Shown here: positions 38,151 to 49,324 of the stretch, piece after piece
Layout: each line of letters starts with the position of its first letter
Numbering within the stretch: position 1 is the stretch's first letter
Source of the DNA: Rebecca billardiae RCC1528
Lineage: Eukaryota; Protista; Haptophyta
Assembly (NCBI GenBank): GCA_965240325.2
Contig: OZ251231.1
Location: forward strand, 1,302,001 to 1,366,000
Direction of reading: 5' to 3'
Length of the DNA stretch: 64,000 nucleotides
Program-made: the position numbers and the translations under genes
The notes under the pieces: model-generated
Told to the model about the DNA's origin: nothing
Database searches by the model: none
What the model saw: only the letters and a program-made list of their open reading frames with translations

Positions 38151-38642
38151 CAGAATGGCCGTTGCAGCGGCGCCTCAGCCATGTGCTGGCACTGCGGCTC
38201 CGAGTCGGACTCCCGCGTCCGGGCGAGCCCAGTGTCCAGTGCCGGGGCCGCTGCGCGCGTCCGCGGCTGCGACTCGTCGCTCGCGCTCGGCCTGTACAGC
38301 AGCTAGCTACACCAGACTCGCTGCGCCTAGCTCAGTGGCTCCGGCGCACCCACAGACAGAGGCGCCGCTGCCAGGTTTCGCCTATAGTTGCGGTCGTCCG
38401 TTTCGGCCCCGCCTCAGCGTCCATTGACTCCGTGATGGCACCGCGCGGCGCATGCGATGGTTGTCAAGTGAGTAGGCGAGCAGTAGTAGCCTGGCGCGAG
38501 GCACCGCCGCCGGTCACTCGGGTCACGCGGCCACGGGCCCACTGTCTCCTGGCAGAGCTGTCACTGTCGTCAGCACGTGCCGTTCTCAGGAAGTCAGCCA
38601 GAAGCACAATCGCTCCAGTTATATTCGGTTCGCATCTGCCGG

Positions 38643-39125
38643 TCATCGGCGCCGTGCACCGAGGTCGTGCGGCCTGACCACGACCAGCTCCTGCTCGTCG
38701 CCGTCCGCCTCGCCCCCGCCACCCGCCGGCTGCGAGGTGAGTCGGATGATCTGCTTGAGCACGTACTCCTCGCTCTTGACCTTGGTGAGCTGCGCGCTGT
38801 CGAGCGTGTGGCCGCTACGCTGTCGCTGCTTGAGGGCCTCGATCATGCGCAGCTTCTTGGTGAATGCGCGCAGCGCCTTCACGTCGTCGCAGCCCTGCGC
38901 GCCCTCCTCACCGCCTCCCTCCGCCTGCTGCTGTGCCGCAGCCACCGCCACCGCGCTGTCCAGCGGTCGGTCGCCCTTCCTGCGCCCTGTGCGCTTTTGC
39001 TTGGCCACGGCACTGTTGCTGCCGCCTCCGCCCTTCTGATCCGCGTACTTGGTCGTGCGCGTCGCCTTCGCCACCTCGCGCTTCGCCTTGCGCTTCGCGA
39101 GGCGACTGCCAGGCTTGCGCCCCAT
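38643..39125 (-). CDS. Small basic protein with a KKLRxIExLK helical hairpin (PYM / eIF2A C-terminal-like)
   Basis: MGRKPGSRLAKRKAK...LRAFTKKLRMIEALKQRQRSGHTLDSAQLTKVKSEEYVLKQI. Confidence 0.6.
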   Translation of the reverse strand: MGRKPGSRLAKRKAKREVAKATRTTKYADQKGGGGSNSAVAKQKRTGRRKGDRPLDSAVAVAAAQQQAEGGGEEGAQGCDDVKALRAFTKKLRMIEALKQRQRSGHTLDSAQLTKVKSEEYVLKQIIRLTSQPAGGGGEADGDEQELVVVRPHDLGARRR

Positions 39126-39251
39126 CTCGGACCGAGACCGCGAACCTGCAACCCACGTCCACGGTCCAGACTCCGCCGACGTTCCCTGCAAGCTGAGCTT
39201 CTGTGCCGCACAGGCCGCACCAAACAGCCAACGGACGCGCCGGCAGCCATC

Positions 39252-40412
39252 ATGGATCGCTGGAGCTTCTTGCGCGCGCACGCGTTCGTCGTGCCTCGCG
39301 AGCCTTTCCCGGCGCTGTCGTCGTCGAGCGACACGGAGCACCTCCTCCCAGCCGAGCGCGAGTGCATTTTCGTGGGCGCGTGCTGCTTCGTGCTGCCGGG
39401 CGCCGACGACGGCCTGCTGCGCCCGCCGTTCGAACCGGAGATTGTCTACTTTGACGGCGGCTCGCTCACGCCCGAGCTCGGTGGCCCGGACGATGCGCAG
39501 GGCTCGGGGGAGGGGCAGCAGCACAGCCCCGCCTCCGATGCCCGCGACGACGCGACGCAGCTAACGTGCGAGCTCTGGCTCGCGCCGTCGAGCAGCACCG
39601 TCCGTGGCGCGCGCACACGCCCCGAGCTGTGGTTTCGTTTCGATGAGATAGGCGTGTGCCGGCTGGAGCACTCGTGCATCGCGCGTCTGGTGGACTCGGG
39701 CGAGGCGAAGAGCGTGCGCTCAGACGCGACGCCACCGGACGACCCGCTCCCGCCGTACGTGCAGCTCGACCTCGGCACGATACTGCTTCAGCTCTACGAA
39801 GGCGAGAGCACGCCCGCTGATGGCCCGCGCTCGCTCGCGTGCGCGCGCGAGCAGCTCGCGCGCCTCGTCGACGCCGCCGGCGGGGTGCACGCGGCGGAAG
39901 CGCGGGGTGCGGCTGGGTCCGCCTCGCAGCCAACCTCGCCCGCGCAGCCGCTCGAGCACGTGCGCGCCGCGCGCGCTGCCTGGGGGCCGTTCGTGCGCGC
40001 GGTGCAGCGCGTGGGGCCCACGTATTCGCTGTGCGCACTGCTGGACGAGCTGGGGCACGAGAGGGTGGACGGCGTGCCCGCGCACGGGCTGACGCACCGC
40101 GTGCTCACGGCCTTCGCGGATCACCACGCCGCATCCCTGCTCGCCCATCACGACGCAGCTGCCGCCTGCGCCGACGCGCAGCGACGGCTCGATGTGTGCA
40201 TGCGTGCGATGCGCGCTCAGTGCGACGGGCTGCGCAGCGCGGACGCAGCGGCCACGATGAGTGGCGCGGCAGGTGTGCTGCCTCACGGCGCGATCGCTGA
40301 TGGCGCTCTCGCGGGTGAAGATCATTGCGCGCACGCACTCGCGCTGCTCCGAGAGCTTGCAACAGCAGAGGCGCTTCCCAAGTGGCGGCCGAAACGTCGG
40401 CGGCTGCTGTGA
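39252..40412 (+). CDS. Hypothetical protein
   Basis: ATG 39252 lies in the long ORF; balanced composition and high GC3. No recognised domain. Confidence 0.6.
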   Translation: MDRWSFLRAHAFVVPREPFPALSSSSDTEHLLPAERECIFVGACCFVLPGADDGLLRPPFEPEIVYFDGGSLTPELGGPDDAQGSGEGQQHSPASDARDDATQLTCELWLAPSSSTVRGARTRPELWFRFDEIGVCRLEHSCIARLVDSGEAKSVRSDATPPDDPLPPYVQLDLGTILLQLYEGESTPADGPRSLACAREQLARLVDAAGGVHAAEARGAAGSASQPTSPAQPLEHVRAARAAWGPFVRAVQRVGPTYSLCALLDELGHERVDGVPAHGLTHRVLTAFADHHAASLLAHHDAAAACADAQRRLDVCMRAMRAQCDGLRSADAAATMSGAAGVLPHGAIADGALAGEDHCAHALALLRELATAEALPKWRPKRRRLL

Positions 40413-40631
40413 GCGTCGGCGGCGGATTGTGAGCATCGGCAATAATAATATGGACGAGCTTTCACGTTAGAAACGTTTACTGGGACTTGCTATCTGCGGA
40501 TCTGGCCTAGAAACTGCTGAGACTATAGCGATTGGCTGGTTCGCTGTACGCATATAGTCACACTATAAGACGTAGGACTTCGTACTTGCCTGCGATTGCC
40601 TGCAGTTGGAGCGTTGGGTTCGTCGTTCGAA

Positions 40632-41744
40632 TCAGGGCATCGCAGCGCCGCCGCCATCCCCGCCCTGCGCAGCGGCCGGTGCCACGGCGCGCGCCGGCCA
40701 CGCGCCGCACGTGCGGCAGAACATGGCTTTGGCGCGGTACAGCGTGTAGCCGCACTCGACGCAGCATCCCTCGGCTCCGGGCGAGCGCGCCGGGCACGGC
40801 CCTACAGCTTCGGCGGGGGCGCCGCCGAGCACGCGCGGGTACTGGCGCGCGAACTCGCGGAAGTAGAGGCGATGCTCCTCGTCGCGGATGCGCACGCCCG
40901 CCTTCCCCTCGTCCGGCGCGCCCGGCTCGCCCGCCGGCGCGCGACCGTCGAAGAATCCGCGGCCAAGCACCGTGCTACCCGAGCCGACCTCGATCGGGTC
41001 TTTGCGCCGCCACGCCGCGAGCGAGTGCGGGAAGGCGTCGCGCAGCGGCAGCTTGCCCGTCGTGTGCGGCTGTCGGCCGCTCGTGGGCGAGAGCTCGATC
41101 TCGCGCTCGCCGATGCACGCCTCCTTCGGCAGCGACAGCGCCCACGCCGCGAAGCTGCCCTCCATGAAGGGCGACTCTGCGCGCACGCCGACGTCGGCCG
41201 CGAGAGCGGGCGCGGAGAAGAACCAGTCCGCGCACATCTCGGCGCGCGCGCGCGACCACTCGGGCTCATCGACGCCCCACGTGAACGAGTACCCGCCGAG
41301 CAGCTCGTCGCTCGCGTCGCCCGTGAACACGTACTTGAGGCCGAGCTCGCTCGCGCGCTCGAGCGCGAGCGCGACCACCATGCTGTTCCGAAGTTGCATG
41401 CCGTCGAACGAGGCGAGCACGCGCACGCACCGCGGGAGCGTGCGCGAGACGAGCTCGTCGGGCGTCGTGCGCACCACGTGGTGCTCGAGGGCGTGCTGCT
41501 GGGCGATCGCGGTCGCATACGGGATGTCGGTCGCAGAGTCGTGCACAAAGACGGTCAGCGCGGCGGCGGGCTTGTGGCCGAGCTCGGCGAGCGCCTCGAG
41601 CAGCGCTGCCGTGTCCACGCCGCCGGAAAGGACGATGCCGATCTCCGAAGGCCTGATGCCCAGGCTCAGCGCCCGCTGCCACAGGCCCCCAGTCGCCTCG
41701 AGCAGCTTGGCGCGGCACGCCGACGCAGCCGACGCACCCGCCAT
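40632..41744 (-). CDS. Stand-alone asparagine synthase (ATP-pyrophosphatase) domain protein with C-terminal Zn ribbon
   Basis: Motifs IVLSGGVDT (PP-loop), FTGDASDELLGGY, ESPFM, GKLPLRDAF and AWRRKDPIEVGSG; C-terminal CVEC...CRTC. Confidence 0.85.
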   Translation of the reverse strand: MAGASAASACRAKLLEATGGLWQRALSLGIRPSEIGIVLSGGVDTAALLEALAELGHKPAAALTVFVHDSATDIPYATAIAQQHALEHHVVRTTPDELVSRTLPRCVRVLASFDGMQLRNSMVVALALERASELGLKYVFTGDASDELLGGYSFTWGVDEPEWSRARAEMCADWFFSAPALAADVGVRAESPFMEGSFAAWALSLPKEACIGEREIELSPTSGRQPHTTGKLPLRDAFPHSLAAWRRKDPIEVGSGSTVLGRGFFDGRAPAGEPGAPDEGKAGVRIRDEEHRLYFREFARQYPRVLGGAPAEAVGPCPARSPGAEGCCVECGYTLYRAKAMFCRTCGAWPARAVAPAAAQGGDGGGAAMP

Positions 41745-41893
41745 CGCTCAGTCCGGGTGGCGGAGCTCTCGTCACTTGCCCGGATTTGGCAGTTGCGGAC
41801 TTGCGGTGGCCATCGTGAGACATCGTCGTTTTCGAAGGAGGCCAGCGGCAAGGTGGGGGTTACACGCCTCCGAGCCCAGCTGCGCTCGCGGGC

Positions 41894-44800
41894 ATGGCCG
41901 CCGCCGCGGGTGGAGGCGACGGGGGGTCGAAGCTGCCTCGGGACTACTTCTACGACGCGGACGTGCTGCGCCGGCAGGTCGATCACGACAAGGAGCTCCC
42001 GGCCGAGTCGCTCGCGCTGTACCACTCGTTTGCGTTCGAGTCGGGCCGGCGCAACAACGTGCACGCGCTCGATGGCATCACGCTGCTCTTCGCCGCGGGC
42101 AACGTGGTGCACCTGTACGATATCGTGACGGGCAAGCAGACGTACGTGCACGGCATCGACGGCCGGGGCATCGGCGCCGTCGCCGTGCACCCGTCGCGGC
42201 GCTACTTTTGCGTGGGCGAGAAGGGCGAGTGGCCCAACATCTACGTGTACGAGTACCCGTCGCTGCGGCTGTACCGCGTGCTGCGCAAGGGGACGGAGGC
42301 GGCGTACTCGGCGCTCGCCTTCACGAACGGCGGCACGACGCTCGCCTCCGTCGGCTCGTACCCGGACTACATGCTGACCGTGTGGTCGTGGGAGGAGGAG
42401 ATGGTGATCCTGCGCAACAAGGCGTTCTCGCAGGAAATCTACTCGGTCTCGTTCTCGCCCAACTCGGACGAGACGCTGATCACGTCGGGGATGGGGCACA
42501 TCCGCTTCTGGCAGATGGCCTCCACCTTCACCGGCCTCAAGCTGCAGGGCGAGATCGGCAAGTTTGGCGCGGTCGAGCTGACGGACGTGTGCGCGTACGT
42601 CAAGCTGCCCGGCGGCAAGGTGATCTCGGGCACGGAGGGCGGGCGGCTGCTGCTGTGGGACGGCAACCTGATCGAGTTCGAGATCTCGCGCGCGGGCGGC
42701 GCGCCGTGCCACGCGGGCAACATCGAGGTCCTCCGCCTCGACGGCAACATCATCCTCTCCGCCGGGCACGATGGGTACGTGCGCACGTGGGATGTGAGCG
42801 CGGTCGAGACGGCGGAGGTGAACGAGGATGCGCCGGTGTTCGTGCTCGAGCCGCTGTCGGAGAAGCGCGTGGGCGAGGCGCACGCGCCGACGATGATCGT
42901 CAACATGGTGCCGCAGCTCAACGTCGACGAGGGCGGCGGCGAGGAGGACGGCGGCGGCGCCGTGGGTGCCTCGACCGCGTGGTACGTACAGGACGGATGC
43001 GGCGCGCTATGGCGCTGGGACTCGGCCGACGAGTCGTCGGAGATGCTGCTCGAGTTCCACGCGGGCGCGATCGTCGGCGTGGCCACGTCGCCGCTCGACC
43101 ACGTGGCCTTCACCGCCGGCGCCGACGGCACCGTCCGCCTCTACGACTACGTCGCCAAGCGCCAGCTCCTGAAGGCGTCGTTTGGGGCGGGCGCGACCGC
43201 GCTGGAGCAGACGCCCGCCGCGGTCGACCCGGAGCGCAAGTCGGTGGTGGTGGGCTTCGCCGACGGCACGCTGCGCGTGCTGATGCGCTGCGTGGACAAG
43301 ATCAAGCTGACCGCGGCGCTCAAGCCGCACACCTCCGCCGTGCGCGTCCTCGCCTACTCGCCCTCGGGCCACCAGCTCGTGACGGGCGGCGACGACGGTG
43401 TGCTCTTCTTCTTGCAGACGGACGAGGCGTGTACGCCGATCGGCTTCATCCAGGTCGGCGGCGAGGAGGAGGGCGCGGGGCTGAGCGCGCTGTGCTGGGC
43501 GGCGGACTCGAAGCGGCTGCTCGTCGGCCGCGCCGACGGCGCCGTCTTCGAGGTCGTCGCGCCCGCCGCCGAGGTCGACACCTCCGAATCGTACGCGCTC
43601 GAGCTCGGCGTGACGCGCTGCGCCGTGCCGCCACGCGAGTACCTCCGCACTCAGGACGCCTTCCTGGCGCCGCCGCCGGAGCCGGAGGTGGAGGCGGAGG
43701 CGGGCGCGCCCGCGGGGGCGCCGGCGAGCGCGGAGGCCGACGCCGCGGCCGAGCTCGACGCCGCCGCCGCCGAGGAGGAGCGCGCCGCCAAGGAGAAGGA
43801 GGCGGAGGTGGAGGTGGCGCCCGCGCGGGTCCACACGCTCGAGTACTCCGAGCAGGGCACGTTTTATGTCACCTTTGGCGGCGAGCAGCTCTCGCGCGTG
43901 CGGTTCGAGTGCGGCGAGCTGGAGGAGACGGAGCCGCGGTCGTGCTCGGTCAAGCACCCCGCCGCGATCACCGCGCGCGCCACCTCGCTCTCCGGCACGC
44001 TCGACCTGCGCGGGCACGCGGACGGCTCTGTGCACGTGCGGCGCGCGGGCATGCCGGCGGCAAAGCCGTGGAAGTGCCTCGTGCACGACGGCGTGAGCGG
44101 CGCGATCACGGGGGTGGCGGCGTCGTGGGACGACGAGTACATGCTCACGGCGGGCGCGGACGGCAACCTCTTCGTCTTCCGCGTGCGCTTCATCCCGGAC
44201 AAGCCGCCGCCGCCCGAGGCGCCCGCGCCGCCCGAGCTCGCGCGCGCGGACGACGTGCCTCTCGGCGAGGGCGTCGCGGACATTTCCGAGAAGGACGCCT
44301 ACTCCATTGAGGAGGCGAAGCAGAAGCGCGACCAGGACGCGCGGCTGGCGGAGGCGGAGCGGCGGAAGCAGGCGATGCGCCGCGAGATCGCCGCGGTGCG
44401 CGCGCAGTTCGAGGCCCTCCGCGCCGAGAACGCCGCCAAGCCGCCCACGGACCGGCTGAGCTCCGACGACCTGCAGCTGGACCAGAGCCTCAAGGCGGAG
44501 GCGGAGCGCACGCGCGCCGCCAAGCTCGCCGACGCGCGCGCCGAGCTGGCGTGGGAGTCGGAGCGCGCGGACAAGCTGCTCGCGAAGCTGCGCGCCGCGT
44601 ACCTCGACCGCATCGCCGTCGAGCACATCGAGCTCGCCTTCTTCGACCCGCCGCCCGACGGGCCGGGCGCGGTCGCCTCGTTCCGCACCGCGCAGCTGCC
44701 CGAATGGCTCGGCGGCGCCATCGACGACGTCCACTCGCTGCTCGCGGCGGAGCTGTCGCGGATCAGCGGCGCGGGCGAGGGCGAGGGCGACGCGGGCGCG

Positions 44801-46156
44801 GGCGAGGGCGGCGTGCCCGGCGACGCCGACGCCGACGACGGCCTCGACGCCGACGAGCCCGACTTCGCCGACCCGGCGGGCGCGGACGGCGCGGACGGCG
44901 GCGGGTACGGCGCGGGCGGCGCCAAGAGTGCAGTCTCGGAGAAGGTGGGCAAGTCGGAAGAGCTCAAGGTGCGCAAGGCGGCGCGCGCGAAGGAGTGGGC
45001 GGCGTTCAACGCGCGCAAGCCGGACGAGCACTACGAGGACCCGCAGGACGTGCAGGCCATCGCGTACGCCGAGAAGCACATGGGCAACTACCCGCTCAAG
45101 ACGGACCCGAACTACATCGTGCCCGAGGCGCAGCGCGTGAACGCTCAGAAGAAGCGCCGGCAGATGGTGTTGCTGGACGAGTCGATCCACGCGATCAAGA
45201 TGGGGTTCAACGAGCGGCTGCTCGCGCTGCGCGACCTGAAGCGGCGCATCGTCGCCGCGACCAACGCCGACGACGACCGCCTCCGCGAGATCAACGCCAT
45301 CCTCGGCGAGGCGCACACGCCCAACCGCCCCAGCATGAGCCTGGCCGAAGTGCCCGAACAGCGCGACGAAGTGCTGGAGGAGCAGCTCGACGCGTACGAG
45401 AAGGAGGTGGCGGAGCGCGCGCGCAAGGCGGGAGGGCGCGGCGGGTTCGCGGACGCGGGCGCGGAGGACGGCGGCGGGGCCGCCGCCGCCGCCGCGCCCG
45501 CCGCCGACGACGGCGCGGAGGGCGCGGACGCGGAGGGCGACGAGGGCGGCGGCGGCGCGGCGGGCGGCGCCGCGGCCGCGCTCGGCGCCGCCGCCGCGCT
45601 CGGCGCCGCCGCCGCGGGCGCGGCGGCGGAGGCGGAGGCCGCGCCGGCCACGGCCCTCGCGCAGGCGCAGCGCGCGCACGAGCTCGCCCGCCTACGCTCC
45701 GAGCGCGCGCAGATCCTCCACCGCCAGGCGCGCACGCGCCACACCTTCGACCGCGCCGCGTCCGAGCTCATGGCCGAGCGGCTCAAGCTGGAGTCGGACC
45801 TCAAGACGACAGACATGAGGCGGCTGCTGCTCTTCCGCGAGCTGCAGCTGCTCAAGGAGTTCGAGAAGCGGGACAACTCGCTGGCGAAGCGGCTCGAGCA
45901 GAAGCGCGCGGAGAAGGCCGAGCTCGTCGTCAAGATCGGCGAGTGCCAGGAGCGCCTCACCGCCAAGCGCGCCGAGATCGAGCGGCTGCTGCAGAAGGAC
46001 CGAGACATCATGGGCGAGTACACCGCCGCGGTCGGCGAGAACAACAAGTTTGCCGACGCGCTGCACAAGATCTTCCGCAAGAAGGTGAAGCGGGCGAAGA
46101 AGAAGCCGGCGGACGCGGACGCGGACGCGGACGACGACGACTACGACTCGGAGGCG

Positions 46157-46189
<33 letters not shown>

Positions 46190-47406
46190 TCGATCACCTC
46201 GGACGAGGAGGAGGTCTGCCCGCCCGGCTGCGACCCCGCGCTGTACGAGCGCGTGTGCGAGCTCCGGCTCAAGCGGCTCGAGCAGGAGGACGTCTACTCG
46301 GAGTTCCAGAAGTCGATCGAGCTGCTGAAGAAGGAGAACGACAAGCTGATCTCGAAGGAGAAGCAGCTCGACGCCGCGCTGCTCGAGACCGACCGCGACA
46401 TCGAGGCCTTCCAGAACGAGAAGCAGCGCAAGCTGAACGAGCTGCACGTGGTCGTGGTCCTCCATCTCTCGCAGCTGCGATTTCTCAACGAGCGCGCGCA
46501 GCTGCCCGCCGACCTGAGCGAGTGCCTCGTGTTCACGCACGACGGGCTCGAGCGGCTGGCGTCGCGGATCGGCGAGCTCGTCGACGAGAAGGCCGAGCTG
46601 CGCAAGCGGCAGAAGGAGCTCCGGCGCAAGCGCGAGCAGCTCGCCAAGGAGCGCAAGGCCAAGGTGAGCCGCAACGGCGAGCTTGAGGCGCGCGTGCTGG
46701 ACGTGCAGCTGCTCAAGTTCGGGCAGGAGGTCGACCTCGACGCGCTCAACAACTTCACGGTGAACAAGAGCGCGGAGGAGCTGCGCGAGAAGGTGCGCGC
46801 GCACGCGCGCGCCTGCGCCGCCGCGCCGTGGCGCCCGCCGCCTCGTCGCCGCCACGCGCGCCGCGCGCGCTCGGCCGCCGAGCCGACGCCTCGCGCCGCG
46901 CGCGCCGCGCCCCGCGTCCGCGTCCGCGTGCGCAGGTGGCGGTGCTGGACCAGAAGCAGCAGCGCTCGCTCGCGCAGTGGGACGCGCGGCTCAAGCAGGC
47001 GAAGCTCGAGCTGGTGCGCACGACGCAGGAGAACACGGGCGCGCTCGAGCGCGTCGGCCAGCTGCTCGAGTCCCAGGCGACGCTCGAGGGCACGCTCAAC
47101 AAGACTCAGATGGTGCGGCGCGCGCCGTCGGCCAACCGCGCTGCGCCGCGCGCGCGCGCGCGCGCCGCGCGCTCAGCCGCCCGCGCCCACGCGCACGCCC
47201 GCGCGCCGCAGGCGGGGAGCGCCGTGTCGGTGCCGACCAGCGGGCAGGAGGAGTCGATCGAGCGCGGCCGCCTCGTGCAGATGGTCAAGCTGCAGAGCAA
47301 GGAGGTGGACGCGCTCAAGGTCGAGATCAACATGCTGCGCCGAAAGGGTGGGCACGTGTACTCGCCCGCGCCCCCGCCGCCGGCGCAGATGCAGCAGCAG
47401 CAATGA
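41894..47406 (+). CDS. CFAP44: Cilia- and flagella-associated protein 44 (WD40 plus coiled coil; 3 exons)
   Basis: Motifs ASVGSYPDYMLTVWSW, LRNKAFSQE, TSGMGHIRFWQMASTFTGLKLQGEIGKFG, YSIEEAKQK, NYPLKTDPNYIVPE, CPPGCDPALYE and EINMLRRKGG. Introns 46793-46935 and 47113-47211. Confidence 0.92.
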
Positions 47407-47696
47407 CGAGGATGTGCTGCTTCATCAACACTGCTACTCATCAACTATATAGAATCGTCATAAGAGTCGCTAAGCGCGCGCACGATGATGACAGTATATA
47501 GGGTCGACGCGACGGCGTCGTCCGACATCAGCAGCTTGACGACGTCTGACGATTCGATCGACGACGTGACGATCACGATGCCGAGCGCGTCGGACCGCAG
47601 GGCGCAGGCGGCCAGGCGCAATAACGGCGCAACGCCGAACGCGGAACGCCGCGCAACGCGTACGTACGAATAATAAGTTACTTACTACGACTACGG

Positions 47697-49148
47697 TCAG
47701 CAGTACGGATCAGTAGTCGTAGTACCAGTGAAGCAGCGCCGAAACACGATCTGATCCACAGTAACCACAGGGAGAATCTGTGAGGACGAGTCTGGGGGCA
47801 CAGACACCGTTGCCACTGGATCCCAAGGCTGATGATGTTGAGCCGCCTGCGACGCTGGCACTAAGCCCGAGCCCGAAGAGACGGTGAATTCTTCGCCCAC
47901 AGCCACGACAATGGGAAGCATTGGAGATACAGTCGGCTCGCCTTGTAGCTCGGCCATCGTTGCATTGACAGGCTGCCGGCCAATGCTGGTCCTTGCACGC
48001 GCAGCACGTATCGGTCCATCGGCATCGCAATGCTGTGCGGAGGGGCGCTTGCTGCGGTGCTTGACATCGACCATGCCAGCCAGCTTGTGCGCTCCACACC
48101 GGCTGCCGCGCGCATCACCCGGCATGCCAAAGACTGGCTTCTTTGTGCAGCCAGCCTCATCGCACCTGCGGCTCACCACGTCGACCATGCCGGCCAGCTT
48201 GTGCGCTCCACACCGGCTGCCGCGCGCATCACCCGGCATGCCACATGATGGACGCTTTGTGCAGCCAGCCTCATCGCACCTGCGGCTCACCACATTGACC
48301 ATGCCGGCCAGCCTGTGCGCTCCACACCGGCTGCCGCGCGCATCACCCGGCATGCCAAATGATGGCTGCTTCACACAGCCAGCCTCATCGCACCTGCGGC
48401 TCACCACGTCGACCATGCCGGCCAGCTTGTGCGTTGCGCACCGGCTACCGCGCGCATCACCCGGCATGCCAAAGACTGGCACCTTTGTGCAGCCAGCCTC
48501 ATCGCACCTGCGGCTCACCACGTCGACCATGCCGGCCAGCTTGTGCGCTCCACACCGGCTGCCGCGCGCATCACCCGGCATGCCAAATGATGGCTTCTTT
48601 TTGCAGCCAGCATCATCGCACCTGCGGCTCACCACGTCGACCATGCCGGCCAGCTTGTGCGCGGCGCACCGGCTGCCACGCGCATCACCCGGCATGCCAA
48701 AGGCTGGCTGCGTCACGCAGCCAGCCTCATCGCACCTGCGGCTCACCACGTCGACCATGCCGGCCAGCTTGTGCGCTCCACACCGGCTGCCGCGCGCAGC
48801 ACCCGGCATGCCAAAGAATGGCTGCGTCACACAGCCAGCCTCATCGCACCTGTGGTTCACCACGTCGACCATGCCGGCCAGCTTGTGCGTTGCGCACCGG
48901 CTACCGCGCGCATCACCCGGCATGCCAAAGACTGGCACCTTTGTGCAGCCAGCCTCATCGCACCTGCGGCTCACCACGTCGACCATGCCGGCCAGCTTGT
49001 GCGCTCCACACCGGCTGCCGCGCGCATCACCCGGCATGCCAAATGATGGCTTCTTTTTGCAGCCAGCATCATCGCACCTGCGGCTCACCACGTCGACCAT
49101 GCCGGCCAGCTTGGGCGCTGCGCCGCCGGCTGGCACGCGCATGAGCAC
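47697..49148 (-). CDS. EsV-1-7-type cysteine-rich repeat protein (nine 38-aa repeats), intronless
   Basis: Nine copies of RRCDEAGCxxxPxFGMPGDARGSRCGAHKLAGMVDVVS (C-x4-C-x16-C-x2-H), a 114-bp unit spanning about 48060-49110. Confidence 0.85.
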   Translation of the reverse strand: MLMRVPAGGAAPKLAGMVDVVSRRCDDAGCKKKPSFGMPGDARGSRCGAHKLAGMVDVVSRRCDEAGCTKVPVFGMPGDARGSRCATHKLAGMVDVVNHRCDEAGCVTQPFFGMPGAARGSRCGAHKLAGMVDVVSRRCDEAGCVTQPAFGMPGDARGSRCAAHKLAGMVDVVSRRCDDAGCKKKPSFGMPGDARGSRCGAHKLAGMVDVVSRRCDEAGCTKVPVFGMPGDARGSRCATHKLAGMVDVVSRRCDEAGCVKQPSFGMPGDARGSRCGAHRLAGMVNVVSRRCDEAGCTKRPSCGMPGDARGSRCGAHKLAGMVDVVSRRCDEAGCTKKPVFGMPGDARGSRCGAHKLAGMVDVKHRSKRPSAQHCDADGPIRAARARTSIGRQPVNATMAELQGEPTVSPMLPIVVAVGEEFTVSSGSGLVPASQAAQHHQPWDPVATVSVPPDSSSQILPVVTVDQIVFRRCFTGTTTTDPYC

Positions 49149-49324
49149 GCCACCTTGAATCGGATGAATATCCGTACTTGCAGGCTCGATTTAAAAAGAT
49201 TTAAAAAGACAAGGATGAATATGGATGATGCTGATAAATTCAAAATAATGTGGACCGCGGCCAAGTCCCGAGCAGGCGGACGGGCTCCAGACTGAGTCCA
49301 GAGCGCTTGCGCCTGAGAGCAGCC

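Noticed and set aside
47884-49158. Plus-strand repeat ORFs opposite the EsV-1-7-type gene
   Set aside because: Antisense shadows. The minus frame carries the conserved Cys/His pattern.
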